From positions 1 to 64,000 of IMG/VR virus record IMGVR_UViG_3300044846_003365: a stretch of 64,000 nucleotides of DNA; one strand, 5' to 3'. Positions 54,697 through 62,404 of this stretch are shown here, one piece after another. The position numbers were made by a program, and so were the translations under genes. The notes beneath the pieces are model-generated. The model saw only the letters and a program-made list of their open reading frames with translations. It ran no database searches and was not told where the DNA came from. The stretch's first letter is position 1. Each line of letters begins with the position of its first letter. Source of the DNA: a virus.

Positions 54697-56544
54697 TTAG
54701 CGGTTCTGCTTTGACAGGGCATCCGCAGCTTTCTGACCAATCAGTTCAGCTACCTTGCCCAAGCCGTCGTCAGTTGTGGCAGAAACAACTTCTGCACCGT
54801 GTTGCGCTAGCCCCTTTACCGTGTAGTCGTCAGGGGAGAAGGTAATCCACAACACTCCAACGCCACTATCCTTACAAGCCTTTAGCCACTCCGTAGCCTT
54901 CTTGGCTTGCTCGTAGCGGTAGTGTGCATCAGACACAACAACCAACAAGCGAGCGCCGTCAGAGTGCAACAAGTTCAGCGAGCCATCCAAAGCTTGAAAG
55001 CCTTTGTCAAACTCTTCTGTCGAGTCTGGCGCTGTGTAAACATTGACGGCATTTAGGTGTTGCCCCGGCTTTAGAGTCGCAAAGACATCTTGACCAAAGT
55101 AGACCATAGCTGTCGTTGCTTGAACCCTGCGACCTGCTTCTGACAAAACCCAAGCTGTGGTAGCTAAGGGATTCATAGCAGCACCCATAGAACCAGAGAT
55201 ATCAACCATCACGCCAACCTTTAGTTCAGGGTCGTCAGTATGCTTTCTAACAGTTCTTTCCCAAGCTTCGACTCTGTGGTTCAAGCCCATTGACTTGTAT
55301 GCAGCGTTCTGAACCATAGCACGAGAGCGCAACCTGCCCTGCGGAACAAAGCTTCTAATCTCTGTCTGCGAGCGCTCACGATACTTAGCTTTCTCAAGTA
55401 GCTTCGCAACCTTGACAGCTGCAGCTCTCTCTTCTCCAGTTGGAGTTCTAGTCTCCCTTAGAGTCGAGTTAGTCCCATTGTTTTCTCCGGGACCAGAGCT
55501 GTTAGAGAAAACTTCTGACGCAACATCCTTATGCTTTTTCTGTTGCTTAGAAACTTCGGCACGAGCCTTAGCTTCTTCAATAGCTTCTTCAACATCCATA
55601 GCATCAAAAGCTTCTGACAGGTTAGAGATTTTTACAATCTCTCTAGCTTCTTCAACTGCTTCTTTCAAAGCTTCGGCAAACTGCTTTGCAGCAGAGCTAC
55701 CAGTTCCATTACCAGAACCATTAGAAGAAGAACTTGATTCAGAACCTTCGCCATCCTCTTGCTCTGAACCTTCTTCGCCCTGCTGTTTCTCTCCAGCATC
55801 CTTACTAGCCTTGTCCACAATCTCAACCCAGCGTTTCGCTAGTGGATAAAGTTGTGTGGCATCAGCGTGGCTATCGTGAGCTTGGAACTCAAGCCACACT
55901 TCACGCAACTGGCTAAGAGTGTCCTCTCCCATTACGGAAACAATCAACTCACGAATAGGCTCAACTTCACTCTCGTCTAGAACTCCAGCATCAACACGAG
56001 CGAGAGTTAGACCAGCAGTAAACGCAGCGCCACGAACAGACGACAAGTTTTCTGCAACTGAATCCATATCACCAATCGCAAGTTCCATAGCAGAAGAGCG
56101 AAGAAAAAGTTTATTCTCTGGCATAGACTTTATTCCAAAGGATTCAATTCTTCCTTCTTCCAAAGTCTGCAAAGCTTTATACTCAACGCCACTAAGTTCG
56201 TCAAAAGCTTTCTCCAAAGAGAAACGAGAATAGCGAGCGTGCAAAGCTTCGTGGTAAATTGCACCACAAGCAACTGGATGCTCTAGCTGTCCCAATCTAG
56301 TATTCAAGTTAGAAACTAATTCCGGGCCAATGTTAGGAAAAGCTTTGGCTGTGTTGATTTCGATTTCGGCGCTCGCAGGGTTGAACAAAGCCGGGTGGTC
56401 GTGCGAAATGCTGTCGCCCATAGTTACAACTAGGTCGCTACGAAAAGACCAATCGTTTACAAGACGACCAACGACTGCACCAATGCGCAACCAACTAGGG
56501 TCGTTCTCTTTACGAGTCTCCAAGTCCAAACTAAAGTGATTCAT
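54697..56544 (-). CDS. vWA-domain protein with N-terminal HExxH domain (CobT-like partner of MoxR AAA+)
   Basis: YHEALH...LEEGRIE, MIDAS DISGSM, VVSD. Start ATG 56544 (AGGAG RBS). Confidence 0.85.
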   Translation of the reverse strand: MNHFSLDLETRKENDPSWLRIGAVVGRLVNDWSFRSDLVVTMGDSISHDHPALFNPASAEIEINTAKAFPNIGPELVSNLNTRLGQLEHPVACGAIYHEALHARYSRFSLEKAFDELSGVEYKALQTLEEGRIESFGIKSMPENKLFLRSSAMELAIGDMDSVAENLSSVRGAAFTAGLTLARVDAGVLDESEVEPIRELIVSVMGEDTLSQLREVWLEFQAHDSHADATQLYPLAKRWVEIVDKASKDAGEKQQGEEGSEQEDGEGSESSSSSNGSGNGTGSSAAKQFAEALKEAVEEAREIVKISNLSEAFDAMDVEEAIEEAKARAEVSKQQKKHKDVASEVFSNSSGPGENNGTNSTLRETRTPTGEERAAAVKVAKLLEKAKYRERSQTEIRSFVPQGRLRSRAMVQNAAYKSMGLNHRVEAWERTVRKHTDDPELKVGVMVDISGSMGAAMNPLATTAWVLSEAGRRVQATTAMVYFGQDVFATLKPGQHLNAVNVYTAPDSTEEFDKGFQALDGSLNLLHSDGARLLVVVSDAHYRYEQAKKATEWLKACKDSGVGVLWITFSPDDYTVKGLAQHGAEVVSATTDDGLGKVAELIGQKAADALSKQNR

Positions 56545-56682
56545 TTTTTTCTCCTGTCTCTGATTCACTAAGTAAATTGTAAAGCTTTTAGCTTCATTTG
56601 TCAAGTTCTAGGGGGTGTGTGGTGAGTGCCTAAACAACTATGAAAAAGACACCCACCCCACTTCTGCCTAATCTGGAAGGAT

Positions 56683-57714
56683 TTAGATTTTGGCAGGTCT
56701 AGCTTCTTCACCATAAACTCTGGTAAAGACATCTGACACAACAGTTCTGTCCATCTCTGGCGCAGAAGCAATTAGATTCTCAATCGCCCACTTCGTTCCA
56801 AAAGACTCGGAAAGAGTTTTGAAAGTTAGTAGCTCTCGCATCTGCGGCGCCCAAGAGATTTCGTTAGAAGCTTGCTTCTTAGCGAGATTCTGGGCAACAG
56901 TAACTGCTGGAGTCGGAACGCCAAGCTTACGAGCAAGAACCCAATCAGTAGTCATTTCTGCTTGGATACCAAATCGAGAAAGCAAAGCTTCTGACAAGCG
57001 AACACCCGGAGCGTTAGGGTTAGTTGCAGCAACTACATAAAAGCCTTCTTTAGCTTTTACAGTTCCACGCTCTGGATTGGCAGTAACGGCAATCTCTCGA
57101 CGACCATCCATCAGACCATACACAACTGACAAGACCTTAGGGTCAATAAGACCAATCTCGTCAATCAGTAAAGCCTTACCCTGCTCTGCAGCTTTGACCA
57201 GCGGCCCATCAATCCACTCGAATCCACCACTTGGAGTCTGAACATAGCCACCAACAAAGTCGGCAACTTCTGTATCGCCAGTTCCAAGGACAGTAAACAA
57301 GTCTGAACCAAATGCAGCTTCGACCATAGCAGTCTTACCAGTTCCCGGTGCGCCATACAGTAGAACATACTGGTTAGCTACACGAGCTTTCTTTAGGACT
57401 TCAACATCACTATGCTCTCCCCAACTGCGAGCAAAATACTTCTCGCCATTAGGTCGCTCATAAGAAGATTCGCCTTCTAGAGTTTCTGCTTCCACAATCT
57501 TTGCCTTCTTTGGAGTGGAGTTAGCATCCCTGTTTCTAAGAACAGCTTTGCCAAACTTTTCGTCGTAGTAAGACACTAGCTTAGCATCACCAACTAGAGA
57601 GTAGTTTTGAGTAACAGTATCTCTAATTAGCTTCGCCAAGTCCAAACCTGGATTAGCAGCGTCAAGTCCATCAAGAACTTCTGTGTTTCTATTTACAATC
57701 GCAATTTCAGTCAT
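56683..57714 (-). CDS. MoxR-family AAA+ ATPase (CobS/CbbQ-like)
   Basis: GAPGTGKT, LLIDE, AATNP, ALLSRF. Start ATG 57714. Confidence 0.9.
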   Translation of the reverse strand: MTEIAIVNRNTEVLDGLDAANPGLDLAKLIRDTVTQNYSLVGDAKLVSYYDEKFGKAVLRNRDANSTPKKAKIVEAETLEGESSYERPNGEKYFARSWGEHSDVEVLKKARVANQYVLLYGAPGTGKTAMVEAAFGSDLFTVLGTGDTEVADFVGGYVQTPSGGFEWIDGPLVKAAEQGKALLIDEIGLIDPKVLSVVYGLMDGRREIAVTANPERGTVKAKEGFYVVAATNPNAPGVRLSEALLSRFGIQAEMTTDWVLARKLGVPTPAVTVAQNLAKKQASNEISWAPQMRELLTFKTLSESFGTKWAIENLIASAPEMDRTVVSDVFTRVYGEEARPAKI

Positions 57715-57733
57715 TTTATCTTTCCTTCCTTGA

Positions 57734-58237
57734 CTAAGCGCTTTCAGTTTCGAATAGGGACTCTCCCCATCCAAGACCAGTTCTTGCTCTAAGAACTCGT
57801 CGAACTAGAGAGTTTGGAGTCTTGCCACTTGACAGCTCTGATATCTCTAGGTGAGAAACTTCTACCACTATTGGCTTCTTGAACAAAGTCCAACCCAATC
57901 TTGTGAAATCTCGTATTGTGTGGATGGAGTTGTAGGACAAGTTCGCAACGAAGAACTCTTTTACAGAAGTCTCTGACTTCTGAATAAGCACTCCATCAGA
58001 ATCTCTTTCAATAGTTGATTCTGGATTTGCTACATGCTCTCCCAAAGCCTTGAAGATACTCCAAGTCTTTCTAGGGTGAGAAGTAGAAATCACTCTTCGC
58101 ATTACACGAGAAGCGACCAGCTTGTTATCTATCCCAATTACTGCTGGGGTAAAGATAACTTGCGAAGTATAAGAACCCTTGCGGAACTCTAGATACAGAG
58201 CTTTACCAGCAGAGTCCTTTGGACTTTTTTCACTCAT
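57734..58237 (-). CDS. Hypothetical protein, first gene of the AAA operon
   Basis: 167 aa, AAGGA RBS, TTGACA promoter upstream. Confidence 0.75.
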   Translation of the reverse strand: MSEKSPKDSAGKALYLEFRKGSYTSQVIFTPAVIGIDNKLVASRVMRRVISTSHPRKTWSIFKALGEHVANPESTIERDSDGVLIQKSETSVKEFFVANLSYNSIHTIRDFTRLGWTLFKKPIVVEVSHLEISELSSGKTPNSLVRRVLRARTGLGWGESLFETESA

Positions 58238-58313
58238 AGTTGTTTTCCTTCTTTCTGTAGATTTAGATTATTGCAGACTTTTTCTGCTTTGTCAAGTCTT
58301 TCGACTAGACTTT

Positions 58314-58607
58314 TTACTCGTCGTCGTCTTCGACTTCAACTTCGACTTTTTGTTCCTCAATCGAAAAGCCATTGTATTTTTCGATAATTCGGAAAAGTTC
58401 TTCCCAAGCATATTTGTTTAGCTCGTCTTCGTCATAAATGTAGACATCATCATCTATCCAAGTCTTGTCTGAGAGTTGGACATTTCCTACTGGTTCATAA
58501 CTTATGGTGGTCTCCCAATTAGTCTCGTCATAAAAACCAGACACTTCTAATCTGAAACCATCAAGCTCGATGCTTGCTACTGCTTTGGTCTTTGTAGTTG
58601 TTTTCAC
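58314..58607 (-). CDS. Hypothetical acidic protein
   Basis: Start GTG 58607 after GACGAAAGGA. Confidence 0.65.
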   Translation of the reverse strand: MKTTTKTKAVASIELDGFRLEVSGFYDETNWETTISYEPVGNVQLSDKTWIDDDVYIYDEDELNKYAWEELFRIIEKYNGFSIEEQKVEVEVEDDDE

Positions 58608-58629
58608 GTTTTCCTTTCGTCGTTGTAAT

Positions 58630-58716
58630 ACTATAACATAAGCTACTGACATTTGTCAAATCGCTTTTGTTGTGCCTGCTGACACAACTTTTACATTGTG
58701 CCAGCAGCCACTGACA
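58630..58716 (-). promoter_or_regulatory. Two PafBC-type promoters (58630-58651, 58695-58716)
   Basis: TGTCAG-TAGCTTATGT-TATAGT and TGTCAG-TGGCTGCTGG-CACAAT. Confidence 0.65.
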
Positions 58717-58719
58717 TTC

Positions 58720-59238
58720 CTAGAAGTGGAAGTCCACTGGGACTAGGAACCAATCAAGCTCACCTTCGGCAATCTTTTTGCGAAAGTGTTCTGTGTTAGT
58801 GCTGTCGTGTTCTAGGTCGAAGAAGTAGGAATTGAAGTCCCAAGTGCCTTGCAACATATCAATCATCTTCTTCAAGGGATACAGCTCAAAGTCATACTGC
58901 ATTTCCCCGGTATAGCTGTCGAGCTTTGCTTCTAGGTCAACACCTTTTTCTGCCAAGCTCTTGCGATAACCATTGAACTCATCAACACGATTTGAAATTG
59001 CTTTTGCAATCAGCTCGTTGAACTTAGCTGGGTCATCATTCCAACTAACGATGTGGTTTGGAGAACTTGCGTAAGGGTCGCCTTCAACAAATCTTCCACC
59101 ACCAACTACGAACCAGTCGTACCAAGTGCCACTTGAGCTTTCAAAGTCTCCCAACCAACGCTGAAAAGTATCTTCGACGTTCCTCAGTGCTTCATCGCTG
59201 TTGTCAGCTTTTACTGCTACATACTGCAATACATGCAT
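58720..59238 (-). CDS. Conserved phage hypothetical protein (WxDWxVxGGGR...VDFHF family)
   Basis: MH...WYDWFVVGGGR...VPVDFHF. Confidence 0.75.
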   Translation of the reverse strand: MHVLQYVAVKADNSDEALRNVEDTFQRWLGDFESSSGTWYDWFVVGGGRFVEGDPYASSPNHIVSWNDDPAKFNELIAKAISNRVDEFNGYRKSLAEKGVDLEAKLDSYTGEMQYDFELYPLKKMIDMLQGTWDFNSYFFDLEHDSTNTEHFRKKIAEGELDWFLVPVDFHF

Positions 59239-59342
59239 ATTTGTTTTTCCTTCCTGTTGCTTTTATTGTATCAATTTATTTTTCAAAAGTCAAATCTATT
59301 TTGGTGAGAGTTGGGGGATTGCTCCCCCACTCCCGGCGCTCG

Positions 59343-59789
59343 CTAATCTATGCGAGCGTCCACCCAACATTCGAAACCCTTCGAACGCAAGTGTTGCGCC
59401 ATTCGATTTGCGATGAAGCGCTTACGCTCGAAGCTCTGGCCAGCGTCAGCAAAACCATATCGCTCGAAAGTGTAAAGGCCAACGCCCTTAGCTCTGCCAA
59501 ACGACCACCACTTCGAACCTAGCTTTTCTCCCATTGGGCGCTCTTGCACTAGCCACTGGGCGAACCCACTGCGACCACTCTCAAGAACTACAGTGGCAAA
59601 ACCACAAACGCCACCTTCGACAAACCAAGTTTTCTGGTTTGGGTCAACATCATTGCCAAGTGGTGTGCTTGGCGAACCAACGATGATTGGAGTTGGAGCT
59701 GGGCACTCAGCGAGTGCTTTGTGCGAAACAGCCTTCAGCTCGTTGAACAGAGCTTCGTACTGCGCACTTTTACTGCTAATTGTTTTCAT
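59343..59789 (-). CDS. Conserved phage hypothetical protein (GxCGFA...QSxERK family)
   Basis: Start ATG 59789 (GAGGAAGGA RBS). Confidence 0.7.
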   Translation of the reverse strand: MKTISSKSAQYEALFNELKAVSHKALAECPAPTPIIVGSPSTPLGNDVDPNQKTWFVEGGVCGFATVVLESGRSGFAQWLVQERPMGEKLGSKWWSFGRAKGVGLYTFERYGFADAGQSFERKRFIANRMAQHLRSKGFECWVDARID

Positions 59790-59849
59790 GGGTTCCTTCC
59801 TCATAGAATTATAGTTTACACTATTGTCTGACAAAAGTCAAATCGTGTC

Positions 59850-60158
59850 TTACTCGTTTTCATCGTCGTAGTCAGCAAACTGCTCAACAACTTGGATGTA
59901 TCCATCATTTGGGTTTTCTGGAGTTGTGTGGACAGCGTTGATAAATCTCAAGCCACAAGATTCCTCATACCACTCGACAACTTTGTTTGCCATTTCCTCA
60001 GGGTCCATTTCGGCGGAACTGATTAGTGGGTCGTAACCCCAAGAATTCATCAAGGTCATTTGTTCGTCATCCATAAGAATGTAAATCTTGTGGCAAGTGT
60101 CGAACGCAATTCCTTTGGCTTCTTTGGTGTATTCCAAAATTTCAAAAGCATCAACCAT
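59850..60158 (-). CDS. Hypothetical protein (FDTCHKIY...SCGLRFI)
   Basis: Start ATG 60158 (GAAAGGA RBS). Confidence 0.7.
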   Translation of the reverse strand: MVDAFEILEYTKEAKGIAFDTCHKIYILMDDEQMTLMNSWGYDPLISSAEMDPEEMANKVVEWYEESCGLRFINAVHTTPENPNDGYIQVVEQFADYDDENE

Positions 60159-60183
60159 TTTTTGTTTCCTTTCTGTTGCTTTT

Positions 60184-60205
60184 ATTATACAACCCCCCAC
60201 TGACA
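60184..60205 (-). promoter_or_regulatory. PafBC-type promoter TGTCAG-TGGGGGGTTG-TATAAT
   Basis: Exact RecA-NDp spacing with a perfect -10. Confidence 0.75.
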
Positions 60206-60302
60206 AAAGTAATCCCTTTTTGGGTTATGTTATCAATTTGTTATAAATGCGAAAGGGTGCCAGTTTTTTCACGCAGGCTCAGCGTGGAGAATGTTTGACC
60301 CT

Positions 60303-60551
60303 TTAGGAGTCTGGGTTTAGAACTGGCGAAGCACAGCTAACGCAAACGACCCACTCAGAGTCGTCATCAAGAACAATTACATAAGCTTTGAAGGAAGTGT
60401 CTGAAGACGCGGTCCCTAGGGGTTCTCTACATTGAGCACAAGACTCGTCGTCGTAAGTGTCAAGTCCGGCAAGGTTGGCTAGTCTCTCATCGCTGGTGTT
60501 AGATATGACGTGCATTTCAATGTGGCGCATGGTTTTATCATAGAGCACCAT
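60303..60551 (-). CDS. Small Zn-finger protein
   Basis: CAQC...CVSC, start uncertain. Confidence 0.6.
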   Translation of the reverse strand: MVLYDKTMRHIEMHVISNTSDERLANLAGLDTYDDESCAQCREPLGTASSDTSFKAYVIVLDDDSEWVVCVSCASPVLNPDS

Positions 60552-60576
60552 CCGTTAGGTTATTTTGAGGAAGACC

Positions 60577-60969
60577 TCAGTACCAACCAATCCACTTGAT
60601 GTGGTCCCAAGCTCCACACGCTTTATCGGAGTACCGATGCACCATGTACTTCCACGTATCGCGTACCTGCAAGTATGGCTTGCCGTTATGGCGGGCCTTC
60701 GAGCTCGCTAACTGTCCCAAGCCGTAGTAGATACCGTTCTGAGCTTTGTGGTTCCAGCGGGACTCGTAATGAATAACTTTGGCAAAGCAGTCCCACTGGC
60801 GAGCCGCTCCCTTGCCCGTTACTGGATGTCCGCCGTTAGCTAGGACGTACGTCTTCGCATAAGCTTTTATCTGGTCGACGGAGGGGGACTTGGGCTCAGC
60901 GCTCGCCGTTGGTACGAAGAGCGTCAACGTCAGTACTGCTACAGTCACTGCAATGGCTAGCCGTCTCAC
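60577..60969 (-). CDS. Secreted lytic-transglycosylase-like protein
   Basis: Signal peptide, CFAKVIHYESRWN..A.N..YYGLGQ...YMVHRY...CGAW..GWY. Confidence 0.8.
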   Translation of the reverse strand: MRRLAIAVTVAVLTLTLFVPTASAEPKSPSVDQIKAYAKTYVLANGGHPVTGKGAARQWDCFAKVIHYESRWNHKAQNGIYYGLGQLASSKARHNGKPYLQVRDTWKYMVHRYSDKACGAWDHIKWIGWY

Positions 60970-61248
60970 TTAAGCGAGCTCGCTAACCCGCTTGCCGTTA
61001 ACTCCAAGAACATCTAGATTGATGCCCAGTGATTTAAAAATTTCAATTGCGGTCTCACGTGGCGTGCCGTTCTCGTTGAACTGAGCAAAGAGACCGTCGA
61101 CCTCGTCTTTACAAATTGGGTGCCAAGGTCCTAGGTCGTCATACCACCTCAGGTCATCCGACGGTCCAGCATTAGGAGAGCTTTCATTACCACATGCGCT
61201 ACAGATTCGCTCGCCATCTCTCAGGCTCTTGATTACTTTTGATTGCAT
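60970..61248 (-). CDS. Hypothetical protein (CxxC...HxxC)
   Basis: ACGAAAGGA RBS and TTGACA promoter. Confidence 0.65.
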   Translation of the reverse strand: MQSKVIKSLRDGERICSACGNESSPNAGPSDDLRWYDDLGPWHPICKDEVDGLFAQFNENGTPRETAIEIFKSLGINLDVLGVNGKRVSELA

Positions 61249-61344
61249 AATTGTCCTTTCGTTTTAATTCACTTTAAACCTTCAGCAGGTTTTTGTCAAG
61301 TCTATTTTCGTTGAGGCGGAAGGGCCCGTGGGCAACTTTAACAT

Positions 61345-61443
61345 AAGAAAATCCCCCTCGGCCAGACGAATAGCTGAGGGGGAAATTCCCATGAACAACA
61401 TAACTAACTAACTAAAGAAGCCACTGAGCAGGCACCCAGTAAC
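61345..61443 (-). ncRNA. Candidate small RNA between a PafBC-type promoter and a terminator
   Basis: Promoter at 61450-61471, hairpin, TAGTTATGT repeats, terminator at about 61348-61384, no credible ORF. Confidence 0.45.
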
Positions 61444-61479
61444 AAGATAATTTTATCAGGACCCACTGACATTCGCAAG

Positions 61480-62244
61480 TCAAACTTTGACTTTAAAGAT
61501 TCCCGTTTCTTTTGACAAACGCTGAAGACTGTTGAAATCAGGGACCCCGTCAGCTGGAACATAACCGATGCTCCGTTGGAACTTAGCATAAGCACTACGA
61601 GTCTTACCGTCGAAGTGTCCTCGCGGAAGTCGACGTACACCCGTCACTACAGAAAGCGCAAGCTGTACAAGCTGGACGTTTGGGTGCTTCATGTTTGGCT
61701 TCACTTGTGCAGGTACGATTTCGGGCACCGTTGATGTATTTAGCTCCTCACCATGGCGGGCCGTTAAGTTAAAGTTAGGACGCGCAAACCCTATTGTGTC
61801 AAGAGAACTGCGCACCCGTTTATACACCCCATCATTTAATGCACTCCCCCTTGGCAGGCCGTGACTTACTTGCGCTTCTATAGTAGAGAAAATACCATCC
61901 GTTGAGTAGGAGGAGACGTCCGTCACTATTCCAACATGTGGCGGGCCGAAGTCCGTTACTGTAGACGTCTCAAAGAAAACAATGTCACCCGTCTTCGGAG
62001 TCTGGAAGAAGCGTCCGTTACTTAAGTAACTGCTTAATGCTTGCGGGGTATATACAAACGCGGGTAGTGGCAGGCCGACTTCGCGAGCGCAAACGTCGAT
62101 GAAGGCACCGTCCCATGGCAGGCCTTTGCCACTGTAACCGACGGTCTCACCAAAGATGTTAGTCCCGTCCGCACGGGAGGTGTAACCTAAGTAATTCTCG
62201 GCGCTCGCCAGAAACTTATTTCTGAGCTCTGTCTTCGTTGTCAT
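61480..62244 (-). CDS. Endolysin-like protein (CHAP-like domain lacking the catalytic Cys, plus PG-binding domain)
   Basis: PWDGAFI, GDIVFF, HVGIV, TIEA, then VQLAL...FDGKTRSAYAKFQ...DGVP. Confidence 0.75.
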   Translation of the reverse strand: MTTKTELRNKFLASAENYLGYTSRADGTNIFGETVGYSGKGLPWDGAFIDVCAREVGLPLPAFVYTPQALSSYLSNGRFFQTPKTGDIVFFETSTVTDFGPPHVGIVTDVSSYSTDGIFSTIEAQVSHGLPRGSALNDGVYKRVRSSLDTIGFARPNFNLTARHGEELNTSTVPEIVPAQVKPNMKHPNVQLVQLALSVVTGVRRLPRGHFDGKTRSAYAKFQRSIGYVPADGVPDFNSLQRLSKETGIFKVKV

Positions 62245-62404
62245 TCTCTCCCGCTAGTTTTTCCAAAGCTAGTACTAAGTTTACTGCTTCGTTGGCACGG
62301 GCCGTCACACGGACGTGCTCGATTCGCGTGGAGCTCAGCTTGATGTCAGAATGTAGACGCTCTGAGTGCTCTTTCGCTACTTCTATGATATCACTCAGAT
62401 TCAA
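62216..62404 (-). CDS. Small hypothetical protein
   Basis: 3' part of ORF 62216..62548 that is mostly not overlapped by 62391..63302. TTG start at 62404 is tentative. Confidence 0.5.
   Translation of the reverse strand: MNLSDIIEVAKEHSERLHSDIKLSSTRIEHVRVTARANEAVNLVLALEKLAGENDNEDRAQK

Noticed and set aside
54697-57714. cobS/cobT cobalamin biosynthesis genes
   Set aside because: Generic MoxR/vWA pair with no cobN or other cobalamin genes in the window.
59813-59841. TGTCAG element as a tenth PafBC promoter
   Set aside because: Spacing to TAAACT is 9 nt, not 10. TTGACT-N17-TAAACT explains it.
53480-60206. ORF-track starts reading MSV... (53737, 58652, 60206)
   Set aside because: These ATGs belong to the ATGTCAGT promoter element. 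Downstream starts have proper RBSs.
38886-60303. AAGGGT-N11-CACGC as a phage sigma promoter or cassette recombination site
   Set aside because: Orientation is independent of transcription, distance to starts varies, the spacer is not conserved, and no sigma factor or recombinase is in the window.
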